Assembly (NCBI RefSeq): GCF_028368995.1
Contig: NZ_JAQNDL010000003.1
Coordinates: 2,688,001 to 2,752,000, forward strand
DNA: 64,000 nucleotides
Direction of reading: 5' to 3'
From: Nannocystis bainbridge
GTDB lineage: Bacteria; Myxococcota_A; Polyangia; Nannocystales; Nannocystaceae
The notes beneath the pieces were generated by a model, which saw nothing but the letters and a program-made list of their open reading frames with translations, made no database searches and was not told the origin of the DNA. Made by a program: the position numbers and the translations under genes. Shown one piece after another: positions 50,608 through 62,759 of this stretch; positions within the stretch are counted from its first letter, which is position 1, and every line of letters starts with the position of its first letter.

Positions 50608-52077
50608 CTATGAGACGTCGGCCTCGATGCGCGCCACCAGCCGCTCGCAGAGCGTCTCCACGTACTCGCGCGACGCCAGCGCGCGCAGCCACGCCTCCGG
50701 GATCGCCGCGCGCCCGTGCATCGCCCCGGCCAGCGCCCCCGTGACCGCCGCCGTCGTGTCCGTGTCCTCGCCGAGGTTGATCGCTGCCAGCACGGCCGCC
50801 TCGTAGCTCGGGTGATTCGCCGCGCACCACAGGCTCGCCTCGAGGCAGTGCACCACATAGCCGCTGCCGCGGATCGCCGACGCCGGCGCCTCGACGATCG
50901 ACCCGTCGAGGATCGCCGCGAGCACCTCGCGCTCCGCATCCGGCACGAACGGCGCCAGCTGTTGCGACGCCGTCGTCATCGCCTGCGCCAGCGGCCGCCC
51001 CTGCACCACCTGCGCCAGCAGCAGCGAGAAGTACGCGCAGCACAGCTGCGAGCGCGGGTGCGCGTGCGTCAGCCCGCTGACCTCCATGCTGCAGCGAACG
51101 ATCTCCGCCGGCGCCAGCGCGCGGGTGAACAGCGACAGCGGCGCGATCCGCATCAGCGACCCGTTGCCGTTGTCGCGCTCGCTGCGGCAGCCCCACTCGC
51201 TCGCCGGGGCGCCGTGGGCGTGGCGGGCGATCGCGCTGCGCGTGGCGATGCCGACGTCGAACACCGCCCCGTGCGGCGTGTATGCCTGTCCCTTGAGCCA
51301 GGTCAAGAACCGCGCCATCATGTCGGGTGGGTCGTAGCCGTTGTGGATCAGGCTGTCGGCGGTGGCCAGCAGCAGCGAGCTGTCGTCGGACCACGTCCCC
51401 GGCGGCTGATCATACGTCCCGTGGCCGCGCACCCCCGTGACCGGGTCCGCGGACAGTTGCTCGCGGCTGCGGAATTCGACGGGGACACCGAGCGCATCAC
51501 CGACCACGGCCCCGAGCAGGCACCCGAGCATGCGCGCATGCGCGTCGACGCTTGCCGAGGGCCCAGGGTCGGCCAGAATCGCCGCATACGCCTCATGCAC
51601 GGCCCCGTCGAAGCACACCAGCACGACCCGCTCGATCGCGGCGTCCTCGGCCAGGAACGCCGAGATCGTGCGCACCGCGACGGCGCAGGCCTCCGCGATC
51701 GGGTAGCCGTAGATGCCGCACGAGATCGCCGGGAAGGCGATCGTGCGCAGCCCGTGGGCCCGCGCCAGCTCGAGGCTGCTGCGATAGCACGACGCCAGCA
51801 GCGCCTCCTCGCCGCGATGGCCCCCGTTCCACACCGGGCCCACCGTGTGGATCACGTGCTTCGCCGGCAGGCGATGGCCGCCGGTGATCTTCGCCTGTCC
51901 CGTGGGGCAGCCGTGGAGCATGCGGCACTCCTCGACCAGCTCGCGCCCGGCCGCGCGGTGGATCGCCCCGTCGACCCCGCCACCGCCGAGCAGCGACGTG
52001 TTGGCCGCGTTGACGATCGCGTCCACCGCGAGCCGCGTGATGTCCCCGCGAACCAGCTCGATCCGTCGCTCCGCCAT
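50608..52077 (-). CDS. Macro domain (YmdB-like) fused to ADP-ribosylglycohydrolase (DraG/ARH)
   Basis: [29 protein letters not shown]; GDALG, WSDD, GNGSLMR, THAH, GEDTDT. Confidence 0.93.
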   Translation of the reverse strand: MAERRIELVRGDITRLAVDAIVNAANTSLLGGGGVDGAIHRAAGRELVEECRMLHGCPTGQAKITGGHRLPAKHVIHTVGPVWNGGHRGEEALLASCYRSSLELARAHGLRTIAFPAISCGIYGYPIAEACAVAVRTISAFLAEDAAIERVVLVCFDGAVHEAYAAILADPGPSASVDAHARMLGCLLGAVVGDALGVPVEFRSREQLSADPVTGVRGHGTYDQPPGTWSDDSSLLLATADSLIHNGYDPPDMMARFLTWLKGQAYTPHGAVFDVGIATRSAIARHAHGAPASEWGCRSERDNGNGSLMRIAPLSLFTRALAPAEIVRCSMEVSGLTHAHPRSQLCCAYFSLLLAQVVQGRPLAQAMTTASQQLAPFVPDAEREVLAAILDGSIVEAPASAIRGSGYVVHCLEASLWCAANHPSYEAAVLAAINLGEDTDTTAAVTGALAGAMHGRAAIPEAWLRALASREYVETLCERLVARIEADVS

Positions 52078-52181
52078 CCCGGGAGTGTAAGCCCCGATCG
52101 CCCCTCCGGCCACCGGCACCGCCGCGCTTGCACATTTTTCAACCCTCGGTCAGATTCTCGACACTCATGAAGGAGGCCCGC

Positions 52182-52853
52182 GTGCTGCAGCCGATCGACA
52201 CCAACTTGTGGACCGCCACCCAGCCGCTGCGCATGCTCGGCCTGCAGATCGGCGCTCGCATGACCATCGTCCGGCTCGGCTCCGGCGGCCTCCTGGTCCA
52301 CGCGCCGATCGGTCTGACCCCCGAGCTGCGGGCCGAGATCGACACGCTCGGGCCGGTGCAGGTCGTCATCGCTCCCAACTCGATGCACCACCTGTTCCTC
52401 GGGCCCTTCCTCGCCGCCTACCCGCAGGCGCGCGGCTACGCGGTCGCCGGCGCGATCGCCAAGCACCCCGAGCTGCAGCTCGAGAGCATCCCCAACAACC
52501 CCGACCTGCTCTGGGCCGGCGACCTCGACCAGATCGAGCTCGAGGGCGCCCCCAAGCTCGGCGAGGTCGCCTTCTTCCACCGCGCCTCGCGCACGCTGAT
52601 CCTCACCGACTGGGTGTTCTACTTCGAGCAGGCGCCCAACTGGATCACCGGGCTCTACCTCCGCCTCACGCGCGCCCTCGGCAAGCCGACCCAGACCGCG
52701 GTGATGAAGGGCCTGATCAAGGACCGGGCCGCCGCCCGCGCCTCGATCGAGCGCCTGTTGCAGTGGGACTTCGACCGCGTCGTCATGAGCCACCGCGACA
52801 TCCTGCCGGCCGGCGGCAAGCAGGCCGTGCGCGCCGCCACCGCCTGGCTGTAG
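52182..52853 (+). CDS. DUF4336-like (metallo-beta-lactamase fold) protein
   Basis: AGGAGG RBS before GTG; RMTIVRL, APNSMHH, EVAFFH..TLILTD, MSH. Confidence 0.85.
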   Translation: MLQPIDTNLWTATQPLRMLGLQIGARMTIVRLGSGGLLVHAPIGLTPELRAEIDTLGPVQVVIAPNSMHHLFLGPFLAAYPQARGYAVAGAIAKHPELQLESIPNNPDLLWAGDLDQIELEGAPKLGEVAFFHRASRTLILTDWVFYFEQAPNWITGLYLRLTRALGKPTQTAVMKGLIKDRAAARASIERLLQWDFDRVVMSHRDILPAGGKQAVRAATAWL

Positions 52854-52892
52854 CGCCAGGTCCTTCGCGGCATGTTCTCTGCGACAGGTCCC

Positions 52893-53555
52893 ATGGGACA
52901 GCCACGCACCGCCGCCGAACCCGAGCCGAGCCCCGAGGCGCGGCGCCTGGCTCGCAAGTCGCGGCGCCAGGACAACCGCCGCCAGCAGATCCTCCGCGCC
53001 GCCCGCGAGGTGCTGCTGGCGAGCGGCCCCGAGGCGTTCACGATGGAGCAGGTGGCCCGGGCCGCCGACGCCAGCAAGGCCGCGCTCTACTATTATTTCG
53101 AGGCCAAGGAGGAGGTCGTCGCGGCCCTGGCGATCGAGGCCCTGCGGCGCGAGGTCGAGGCCGTCAGCGCCGCCGTGATCGCCGCCGAGCGCGGCATCGA
53201 CGGCCTCGCGGCGCTGCTGCGCGGCCGCGTCGAGCACTACCTCGCCGACCCCGACTCGTTCCGGATCCTCTACACCTGGGCGCCGACGCTGGGCGCGACC
53301 CAGCGCCTGGTCCTGGCCGAGATCTTGCCCCTCACCGCGGTCGTCAGCCAGACGCTCGAGGCCAAGCTGCAGCGCGACCGCAAGGCCGGTCTGCTCCACC
53401 CCGACGCCAACCCGGCCCGCCTGTCCCAGGTCGCCTGGATCACCAGCCACGGCCTGCTCAGCTACGCGATGAACCAACCCCACCCGGAGCGCGGCGCCTG
53501 GCGCCCCCTGTGCGACGAAGCCTGCGCCGCCCTGGTCCGCGGCGCCACGCGCTGA
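52893..53555 (+). CDS. TetR/AcrR-family regulator
   Basis: ILRAAREV..FTMEQVARAADASKAALYYYFEAKEE. Confidence 0.92.
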   Translation: MGQPRTAAEPEPSPEARRLARKSRRQDNRRQQILRAAREVLLASGPEAFTMEQVARAADASKAALYYYFEAKEEVVAALAIEALRREVEAVSAAVIAAERGIDGLAALLRGRVEHYLADPDSFRILYTWAPTLGATQRLVLAEILPLTAVVSQTLEAKLQRDRKAGLLHPDANPARLSQVAWITSHGLLSYAMNQPHPERGAWRPLCDEACAALVRGATR

Positions 53556-53793
53556 CGCAGCTCATGGCCGCGAGCCGCGGCGTCGTGATGCACTGCGATG
53601 AATGCTGCGCCAGCCCGGTCCGCGGCGCCACGCGTGACTCAGTACATCGCCGCGAACCGCAGCGTCGCTATGCGCTGCGACGAAGCCTGCGCCGCCCCGG
53701 TCCGCGGCGCCACGCGTGACTCAGGACATCGCCGCGATCCGCGGCGTCTCAATGCGCTGTGACGAAGCCTGCGCCACCCCGGTCCGCGGCGCC
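53511..53793. repeat. About 3.5 tandem copies of an 82-83-bp unit starting inside the TetR 3' end
   Basis: Unit starts at 53511, 53594, 53676 and 53758. Confidence 0.93.
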
Positions 53794-53899
53794 TCGAACG
53801 TCGCGTGCTCCGTCCCCCTGCCAGCAATCGCGCCTCTGAGGCCGCGGTCGCTTCGCCACGATCTCTTTCGATCTTCGAGCCCGCGAGGCGACGCTCGTC

Positions 53900-54682
53900 T
53901 CACGGCGCCAGCCACACGTCGCCGGACTCGACCCTGCGCGGCGGCCCGCCGTCTGCCAGCGCGACCATCAGCGCCCCGTCGTCGGCCAGCCCCAGCGCCT
54001 TTGCCTGCACCTTCGGGCCTGCCCCATTCGACATGTCCACAAAGACATCCCGATCTCGCAGCGCGCAGTGGGGCTCGTAGCGGCCGCGGATCGCCGCGAA
54101 CCCGCCGGAGAAGAACTGCTCCAGCGCGGCCTCCAGCGCCGGCAAGATCCGCCCCAGCACCGCCTCGCGGCTCGGCGTTGCTTCGCCCAGCTCGCGGCGC
54201 AGGCTCGTCGCCGTCGCTGCCAGCGGCTCGGGGAACAGCGACCGACCCACGTTGACGCCGAAGCCGACCACCACCTCGGGCGACGACCCGACCCACCGCG
54301 CCTCGCAGAGGATCCCCGCCAGCTTGCGGCCTTCGACCAGCACGTCGTTGGGCCACTTCAGCTGCGCCGCTGGCAGCCAACGCGACAGGCCCTCGCGCAG
54401 CCCTGCGCCCACCGCCAGCCCGAGCGCCCCGATCGGCTTGCCCGCGTCCGGCCGCAAGATCGCGCTGACATACAGGTCCTCGCCCGACTCCGACGCCCAC
54501 GCCCGCCCCAGCCGCCCGCGCCCCGCCGTCTGTGCGTCCGCGGTCACCAGCGCCCCGTGCGGCGCCCCGGCCCGCGCCCACGCCAGCGCGCGATCGTTGG
54601 TCGACCCGAGCTCGGCCCAGTGCTCGCGCGGGCGCCCGAGCCAGCGCGTCGCAAAGGCCATATTTTCGAAGGAGTCGCTCAC
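53900..54682 (-). CDS. birA: Biotin-protein ligase (no N-terminal HTH)
   Basis: STND, QTAGRGRLGRAW, KWPNDV, KLAGIL, GFGVN. Confidence 0.92.
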   Translation of the reverse strand: MSDSFENMAFATRWLGRPREHWAELGSTNDRALAWARAGAPHGALVTADAQTAGRGRLGRAWASESGEDLYVSAILRPDAGKPIGALGLAVGAGLREGLSRWLPAAQLKWPNDVLVEGRKLAGILCEARWVGSSPEVVVGFGVNVGRSLFPEPLAATATSLRRELGEATPSREAVLGRILPALEAALEQFFSGGFAAIRGRYEPHCALRDRDVFVDMSNGAGPKVQAKALGLADDGALMVALADGGPPRRVESGDVWLAP

Positions 54683-54863
54683 GCCCGCCCCCCGCAGGGC
54701 ATCCGCCGTTGCGAGCCCCTGGACAGGCGCATCGTCAGCACGAACACCCTCGATCGCTCGAAGAATCTGTCCCTTCGGACATCCCCAGCGCTCCGCGCGA
54801 GCATCCGCGCACGCGGTCGCTCTTCACTGCACATGTCCCTTCAGACATGCCCCATTCACCGGC

Positions 54864-55727
54864 TCACGCCCACGTCCCGTCGGCGCGCTCGAACAGCAGC
54901 GAGATGTCCGCCGCCGGCACGCTGTGCGTCAGGCGGCCCACGCTGATCACGTCGATCCCCAGCTGCGCCACCGCGGCGATGCGCTCGAGCCCGACCCCGC
55001 CCGACACCTCGAGGATCGCCTTGCCGGCCGTGATCGCCACCGCCTCGCGGACCGCGGCGTCGTCCATGTTGTCGAGCATGATGATGTCGGCCCCCGCGGC
55101 CAGCGCCTCGCGCAGCTCCGCGTGGCTCGTCACCTCGCACTCGATCTTCATCGTGTGCGGCGCCACCTGGCGCGCGCGCGTGATCGCCGGCGTGATCCCG
55201 CCGGCCGCGCGCACGTGGTTCTCCTTGATCAGCACCGCCGCCCCGAGGTCGTTGCGGTGGTTGTGGCCGCCGCCGCAGCGGACCGCGTAGCGGTCGAGCG
55301 CGCGCAGGCCGGGCATCGTCTTGCGGGTGTCGGTGATCCTGCATCGACCGCCGGCCGCGTCGGCGTAGGCGCGGGTCAGCGTCGCCACCCCGGACATGCG
55401 CTGCAGCAGGTTGAGCGCCGTGCGTTCGGCCGCCAGCAGCGCCTGGGCCGGCCCCTCGATGCGCGCGATCTCGGTCCCGACCGTCACGCGCGCGCCCTCG
55501 CGCACGTAGGCGGTGAACCCCACTCCTGGCTCGACCCGGCGGAACACCGCCTCGGCGACCTGCAGACCGGCCACCACCAGGTTCGCCTTCGCCACCATGT
55601 GCGCGACCGCGCCCACCTCGGGGCTCACCGTCGCGCGGCCGGTGACGTCGCCGCTGGCCAGGTCCTCGGCCAGCGCCGTGTCGATGATCGCCGCCACGGA
55701 TCCGAGCTCGCTCCAGGGGTCACGCAT
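54864..55727 (-). CDS. nadC: Quinolinate phosphoribosyltransferase
   Basis: ERTALN, DTRKT, NHR, LIKENH, IMLDN, EVSGG. Confidence 0.96.
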   Translation of the reverse strand: MRDPWSELGSVAAIIDTALAEDLASGDVTGRATVSPEVGAVAHMVAKANLVVAGLQVAEAVFRRVEPGVGFTAYVREGARVTVGTEIARIEGPAQALLAAERTALNLLQRMSGVATLTRAYADAAGGRCRITDTRKTMPGLRALDRYAVRCGGGHNHRNDLGAAVLIKENHVRAAGGITPAITRARQVAPHTMKIECEVTSHAELREALAAGADIIMLDNMDDAAVREAVAITAGKAILEVSGGVGLERIAAVAQLGIDVISVGRLTHSVPAADISLLFERADGTWA

Positions 55728-55836
55728 GGCCCGGAGGGTGCCACACGGCCCTGCCGCTCGCCACCGCCGCTGCGTCCGCGCGGCCGCGTCGTCCCCGGCC
55801 CATGCCGGCGCGCGCTCGGCATGTCCCGCTCGCCAC

Positions 55837-56517
55837 TCACGCCGCGTGCCAGCGCTCGATCGGCCAGCCGAGGGCGCGGGCGCGCCGGAGCAGGCGTGGG
55901 TCCGGGCTCACCACTTGCGGTCGGCCCACGCGCTCGAGCATCGGCAGGTCCGAATAGCTGTCCGTATAAAAGTAACTTCGGGACAGGTCGATGTCGTGCT
56001 CCGCCGCGAACTTCTCCGCCAGCACCACCTTGCCCGGCCCCGCGCACGCCGGCGCCACGTGCTTGCCGGTGAGGCGCCCGCCCTGCTCCTCGAGCCGGGT
56101 GCACAGCACGTGCTCGACGCCCAGGCGCTCCGCCAGCGGCTCGACCGAGAAGCGCGTGCCTGACGACAGCAGCGCCACCACGTGCCCGTCGCGGCGGTGG
56201 CGGGCCACGCGGGCCTGTCCTTCGGGGCAGATCCAGCGCACGATCTCCGCCTCGAACCACGCCCGCGTCTCCGCCTCCACCTCGGCCACGGGCACCCCTG
56301 CGTAGTCGCGGACCGCCTTGGCCGTCATCGCCTCGAGGTCGAGCAGCGAGAGGCGGTAGCGGACCACCCACGCCAGCGAGCGCAGCGCCCTGGCCGCCGA
56401 CATCTTGCCGGAGCGTCGCTGGTGCCGCACCCACAGCACCGCCGAGTTCACGGCGAGCAGGGTGTGATCGACGTCGAAGAACGCGGCCACGGTGCTCGGC
56501 TCGGGCCTGGTCGTCAC
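55837..56517 (-). CDS. HAD-IB family hydrolase
   Basis: FFDVDHTL, GPGK, FYTDSYSDLPML; GTG overlaps the upstream TGA. Confidence 0.92.
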   Translation of the reverse strand: MTTRPEPSTVAAFFDVDHTLLAVNSAVLWVRHQRRSGKMSAARALRSLAWVVRYRLSLLDLEAMTAKAVRDYAGVPVAEVEAETRAWFEAEIVRWICPEGQARVARHRRDGHVVALLSSGTRFSVEPLAERLGVEHVLCTRLEEQGGRLTGKHVAPACAGPGKVVLAEKFAAEHDIDLSRSYFYTDSYSDLPMLERVGRPQVVSPDPRLLRRARALGWPIERWHAA

Positions 56518-57332
56518 GCGCGGAAGGTACTCGCCAGCAGCAGCTCCATCAACAAGTTGGCGCTCATGTGGAACAGGGCGGGGGCCCAGAGGTTGCCGCT
56601 GCGGCGCCACAGCCAGGCGAACACCAGCGCCGGGAAGAAGGTCGCAAGCCGCGCCGCCTGGGCCATGCCGACCAGGTGTCCGACCGCGAACAGGAGGCTC
56701 GAGAGGACCGCGGCCACGCCGATCTGGGCCCCGAGGATCTTGCGGCGCGGCGGGAACCGCTCCTCGAGCGCGCTCATGAGGTAGCCGCGGTGGAACACCT
56801 CTTCGGCCAGGGCCACCGCGAACAGCCCCTCGACCACTTGCAGCACGAAGCCGAGGCCGCCGTAGCTGGTCCAGGTCGCCGGCAGGCGCAGCGACTCCGG
56901 CCAAAAGCTGCCACTGTGGCTGCGGCACAGCCGCTCCAGATAGTGCTCGAGCCCCCCGGCCCACGGCGTCGCTTGCTCGACCCACAGCGCCGGTGAAAGC
57001 ACCCGCAGGTCGCCGGCGCAGACCTCGTCGTAGAACCACCAGAACCCGAGCATGAACGGCGGGAACACCAGCAGGCACGCGCCGACGGCCCAGCGGACCG
57101 CGCGCCAGCTCCACGGCGGGATCGGACCGTCCGGACCGACCTGGTAGCGGGCCTGGACCTCGGGTGCGTCGCGCAGCAGCCAGCCGGGCAGGAAGTAGAA
57201 CGCGGCCACCAGCGCGGCCCCGCGGACCATCGCCAGCCCAGGGACGAGGCCCATCACGCCATATGCGGCGTACAGGCCGCAGGTCGCGAGCACCGCGGTG
57301 CGGGCGCGCCGGCTGGCCTCGGGGGACGTCAC
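56514..57332 (-). CDS. CPBP-family intramembrane glutamic protease, myxosortase-like
   Basis: EEVFHRG, LFAVGH, RLATFFPALVFAW, FHMSAN. Confidence 0.85.
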   Translation of the reverse strand: MTSPEASRRARTAVLATCGLYAAYGVMGLVPGLAMVRGAALVAAFYFLPGWLLRDAPEVQARYQVGPDGPIPPWSWRAVRWAVGACLLVFPPFMLGFWWFYDEVCAGDLRVLSPALWVEQATPWAGGLEHYLERLCRSHSGSFWPESLRLPATWTSYGGLGFVLQVVEGLFAVALAEEVFHRGYLMSALEERFPPRRKILGAQIGVAAVLSSLLFAVGHLVGMAQAARLATFFPALVFAWLWRRSGNLWAPALFHMSANLLMELLLASTFRA

Positions 57333-57357
57333 GGCGCGGGAGCTTACCTCACCGGTC

Positions 57358-57771
57358 TCAGCGCAGGCTGGTCGCCAGCTTCGTCAGGCGGCGGCGCAGC
57401 GTCTCGAGGTTCTCGACCAGCATGTCCACGTGGTCGAGCACGCGGGTGTCGCTGGCGAGCGCGTGGACATCCTCACGCTTGATGCGGGGGCCCTCGAGCA
57501 TCCGCAAGATCTCGACCAGATAGGCCTCCACGTGTCCGAGCGCCATCCCTGTCTCGCGGAGGTCGTCGTCGATGAACAGCACCAGGTTCTCGACGCCCCG
57601 CACGCCGGCGAGGGCGTCGCTCTCCGGGTAGTCGCGGGAGGCGCGGTCCATGATGCGGTCGCGGGCGCGGGAGCGGTTGCCGCTGCGGCGGCGCTCCCGG
57701 CCGTCGAGCTCGCGAGCCTCAGCAATTTCTGGACCAGCCGGGGTCAGGGGGGGAGCGAGTGACTCGGGCAT
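57358..57771 (-). CDS. Hypothetical helical protein
   Basis: Good codon bias, coiled-coil-like C-terminus; head of the CPBP-HAD run. Confidence 0.7.
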   Translation of the reverse strand: MPESLAPPLTPAGPEIAEARELDGRERRRSGNRSRARDRIMDRASRDYPESDALAGVRGVENLVLFIDDDLRETGMALGHVEAYLVEILRMLEGPRIKREDVHALASDTRVLDHVDMLVENLETLRRRLTKLATSLR

Positions 57772-58103
57772 GACGGTGGCATGGCAGCCTTCGCGGCGGC
57801 CGGCAAGTTTTCGGCTAAATCCTCGTGCGTGGTCCTTCAAGGCCGATCCGTCGCGCGGCGGGCCCCTGCATGGGAGCAGATGTTCACGTCTTCGCCGGCC
57901 CGCCCGGCCCTGCGTGAAGATCCTTACGAGCGCGCGCAGGGCCTGGCCGGAGGAGTTGTCCTAATCTGTGCCGCTCGAAGCGGCCGGAAGGGCGCAGCGT
58001 GCGGTCCGCCGCGGCTGCGCCCGAAGTGCACGGGCCCGGGCGGCCTTCACAGCAGAATCAGCGGAAGCGGAAACCACGGCGCGCGCCGGCCAGAACCTCT
58101 GTG

Positions 58104-59987
58104 ATGATCCCCGATGAGAAACTGCAGGAGCTGCGGGATCGGATCGACATTGTCGATTTGATCGGGCGCTACGTCGGGCTCAAGCGGGCGGGCAAGAACT
58201 TCACCGCGTGCTGTCCCTTCCACCAGGAGCGCACGCCGAGCTTCTTCGTCAACCCCGAGCGGCGCAGCTTCAAGTGCTTCGGCTGCGGCGTGTGGGGCGA
58301 CGGCCTCGAGTTCGTGATGAAGATGGACGGGCTCGGCTTCCTCGAGGCCGCGCGCCACCTCGCCGGGCTGTTCGGCGTCACCTTGCCCGAGGGCCTGGTC
58401 GACCGGAAATCGAGCGAGCAGCAGCTCGAGCTCGAGAAGGCCCGCGAGATCACCCAGGTCAGCGCCGAGCTCTACCGCGAGATCCTCGAGAGCCGGCCCG
58501 AGGGCAAGCTCGGGCGCTTGTACCAGCAACAGCGGGCCATCAGCCCCGAGCTGGCCGAGACCTTCATGCTGGGCTACGCGCCCGCGCCGGCCGAGTCGGG
58601 CAGCTGGGACCGCCTGGTGCGCCACTTGCAATCCAAGGGCTGCGACCTCGGGCTGGCCGAGAAGCTCGGCCTGGTGGTGCGCAGCGACAAGGGCTCGCTG
58701 TACGACCGGTTCCGCGGGCGCTTGATGTTCCCGGTGCTGCAGTCGAACCGCAAGCCGATCGCCTTCTCCGGCCGGATCTTGCCCGAGTACGCCAAGGACG
58801 CCGACGGCCGCGAGGCGCCCAAGTACATGAACAGCCCCGAGTCGATGCTCTACACCAAGAGCAAGACCCTGTTCGGGCTCCACGTCGCCGGCCAGGCGAT
58901 GAGCCGGGCCCGGCGGGCGATCCTCGTCGAGGGCAACGTCGACGTCGTCAGCATGCATCAGCGCGGTTACGTCGAGACCGTCGCCCCGCTGGGCACCGCG
59001 CTGACGCCCCAGCAGTGCGGGCTCCTCAAGCGCTTCACCGAGACCGTGGTGCTGTGCCTCGACGGCGACAACGCCGGCCGCAAGGCGATCCGCGCCGCCA
59101 TCCCGATCTTGTTGGACGAGGGCCTCGACGTCCGCGTGGTCGCGCTCGACGCCGGCACCGACCCTGACAGCACCGACCCCAAGCGGCTGACGGCCCTGCT
59201 CGAAGAGCCAGGTTCGGCGATCGAGTGGCTCGTCAAGCAAATGGTGGCCCATGGCGCGCTCGACTCGATCGACGCCCAGGAGCGCGCCATCGCCGCGCTG
59301 CAGCCGCTGCTCGGCAAGGTCAAGAGCGACGCCGCCCGCGAGCGCTATGCCGAGCGCGCCGCAAAGTTGCTCAGGCTGCCGGTGGGGCGCATATCGTCGC
59401 GCCAGGGTCCTCATGGGCCACAAGGTCCGCAAGGAAACCGTGCCGCGCCCAGCCCGCCGTCTCGCACTGCTGCCACGTCGTCCGCGCCAGCACGGCCCTT
59501 GCCCGAGCTTCCGCGCCATCAAGTTGCGCTGCTCGCCCTGCTGGTGGACAACCCACACCTGGCTGACAAAGCCGAGCAGGCGGGTGTGCAGCACTACGTG
59601 ACAGATCGCAGACTCGCGCCCATCGCCGAGGTGGTGGTGCGGCAGGCCCTCGTCGGCGAGAACCCGACCGAGGGCGAGCTGCTCGAGCTCATCCCGCCGG
59701 AGACGCGGCGGCAGGTCCACGACGCGGTGTTCGTCGGCACCTTCCGCGACACGCAGGACGACCCGGTGTCGCTGTTGAAGGAGTGCCTCCTCGATTGCCG
59801 ACGCGAGCAGCTCAAGGCCGAGTCGCGGCGGCTCGACGTCCAGCTGCGCGAGGCGAAGGAGCGGGGCGAGCTCGACCGCGCCCGCGAGCTGTCGTTGAAG
59901 AAGATCGAGCACAGCCGCCTGCTCGCCAACCTCGACGAGCACGCTTTGATTCCCCCGCCGCAACCTTCATCGGGCCTGCGGGCCTGA
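58104..59987 (+). CDS. dnaG: DNA primase
   Basis: [48 protein letters not shown]. Confidence 0.97.
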   Translation: MIPDEKLQELRDRIDIVDLIGRYVGLKRAGKNFTACCPFHQERTPSFFVNPERRSFKCFGCGVWGDGLEFVMKMDGLGFLEAARHLAGLFGVTLPEGLVDRKSSEQQLELEKAREITQVSAELYREILESRPEGKLGRLYQQQRAISPELAETFMLGYAPAPAESGSWDRLVRHLQSKGCDLGLAEKLGLVVRSDKGSLYDRFRGRLMFPVLQSNRKPIAFSGRILPEYAKDADGREAPKYMNSPESMLYTKSKTLFGLHVAGQAMSRARRAILVEGNVDVVSMHQRGYVETVAPLGTALTPQQCGLLKRFTETVVLCLDGDNAGRKAIRAAIPILLDEGLDVRVVALDAGTDPDSTDPKRLTALLEEPGSAIEWLVKQMVAHGALDSIDAQERAIAALQPLLGKVKSDAARERYAERAAKLLRLPVGRISSRQGPHGPQGPQGNRAAPSPPSRTAATSSAPARPLPELPRHQVALLALLVDNPHLADKAEQAGVQHYVTDRRLAPIAEVVVRQALVGENPTEGELLELIPPETRRQVHDAVFVGTFRDTQDDPVSLLKECLLDCRREQLKAESRRLDVQLREAKERGELDRARELSLKKIEHSRLLANLDEHALIPPPQPSSGLRA

Positions 59988-60066
59988 TCGTCCGCGGTCC
60001 TGCGGGACCCGGAGCTTCATCTCGCCTTTGTCGCATACGCAGTCACTCCGAGGCCAGAGCAACCCT

Positions 60067-61914
<1,848 letters not shown>

Positions 61915-62122
61915 CAGCCGACGCCCGCGGACCCGCTGGCACGATGCGCCCCCGCGCGTCGTCCAGCGGGTCTCGCAATTCAGGCTCGCAGCCAACGCAG
62001 CGCCGATCTCCTGGCCCCCCGGCGCACAGTGACCTCCACGCCGCCGGGCGGCTCCGCGCGGCGGTGTGGCGTGGTTCGAAGCGCGGTGAGCGCATGCATG
62101 CGCTGCCCGTCGAACCTGCGCT

Positions 62123-62719
62123 ATGGTGAGGCCCTCCGTGTCGCTCGTCCTCCTCGCCTTCATGTTCCTCTACGGCGCCGTGCGGTCGGCCCTGTGGGCG
62201 CGAGGGCAGCTGCGATTCCGTCGTCTGCGCGCCCACCTGCCGCGGGCCGCAGCGCCCTGCGAGGCCCCGGCCCACCTCGGCGACTCGCTCACGCGACTGC
62301 TCGCGCGCAGCCACGCCGGCCGCGTGCGCCTCGTGGGCAGCGCGCGGCAGGTCGCCACGGTGCTCATCGTCGACCCGGACGTGGCCTTCGGGTGCGTCCG
62401 TGACTTTCGCTTCCGGCTCGCGCTGGCCGACGCCTGGACGGCCGCGAACGGGTGGCTGCACGCCTACGACGACCTCTCGGAGCACGAGCAGCGCCAGCTC
62501 GAGGCCTACGGCTACACCGCCCGAAGGTTCGGCGAACGGCGCGCGGAGCTGGGCGGCGCGGTGCGACGATGCGTCCGCGCGCCCGCGCTCGAGCCGTTCG
62601 CGGTCGCCGACGTCGAGGCGGTGCAGCAGCTCCTCCTGGCCCTGATCGGCGACCTCGAGGGCTGCGAGCGCGCGCTGCTGGCGAGCGCTCCGGACCACCC
62701 GTACCGCGCCACCGGCTGA
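62123..62719 (+). CDS. Hypothetical protein with N-terminal transmembrane helix
   Basis: Hydrophobic N-terminus, host codon bias, C-terminal HPYR. Confidence 0.65.
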   Translation: MVRPSVSLVLLAFMFLYGAVRSALWARGQLRFRRLRAHLPRAAAPCEAPAHLGDSLTRLLARSHAGRVRLVGSARQVATVLIVDPDVAFGCVRDFRFRLALADAWTAANGWLHAYDDLSEHEQRQLEAYGYTARRFGERRAELGGAVRRCVRAPALEPFAVADVEAVQQLLLALIGDLEGCERALLASAPDHPYRATG

Positions 62720-62759
62720 GCTCGTCCCGCGAATTCTTGAATCGGGTTAAGCTTCGGCC

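Noticed and set aside
53511-53793. Diversity-generating retroelement TR/VR pair
   Set aside because: No reverse transcriptase in the window, and the differences between copies are not adenine-specific.
57975-58005. SRP RNA domain IV (CCGGAAGG..GCAGC)
   Set aside because: Lacks the conserved CAGG/AGCA internal loop and a long closing helix.
61915-62122. tRNA downstream of rpoD
   Set aside because: GGTTCGAA is present, but no cloverleaf or acceptor stem can be built.
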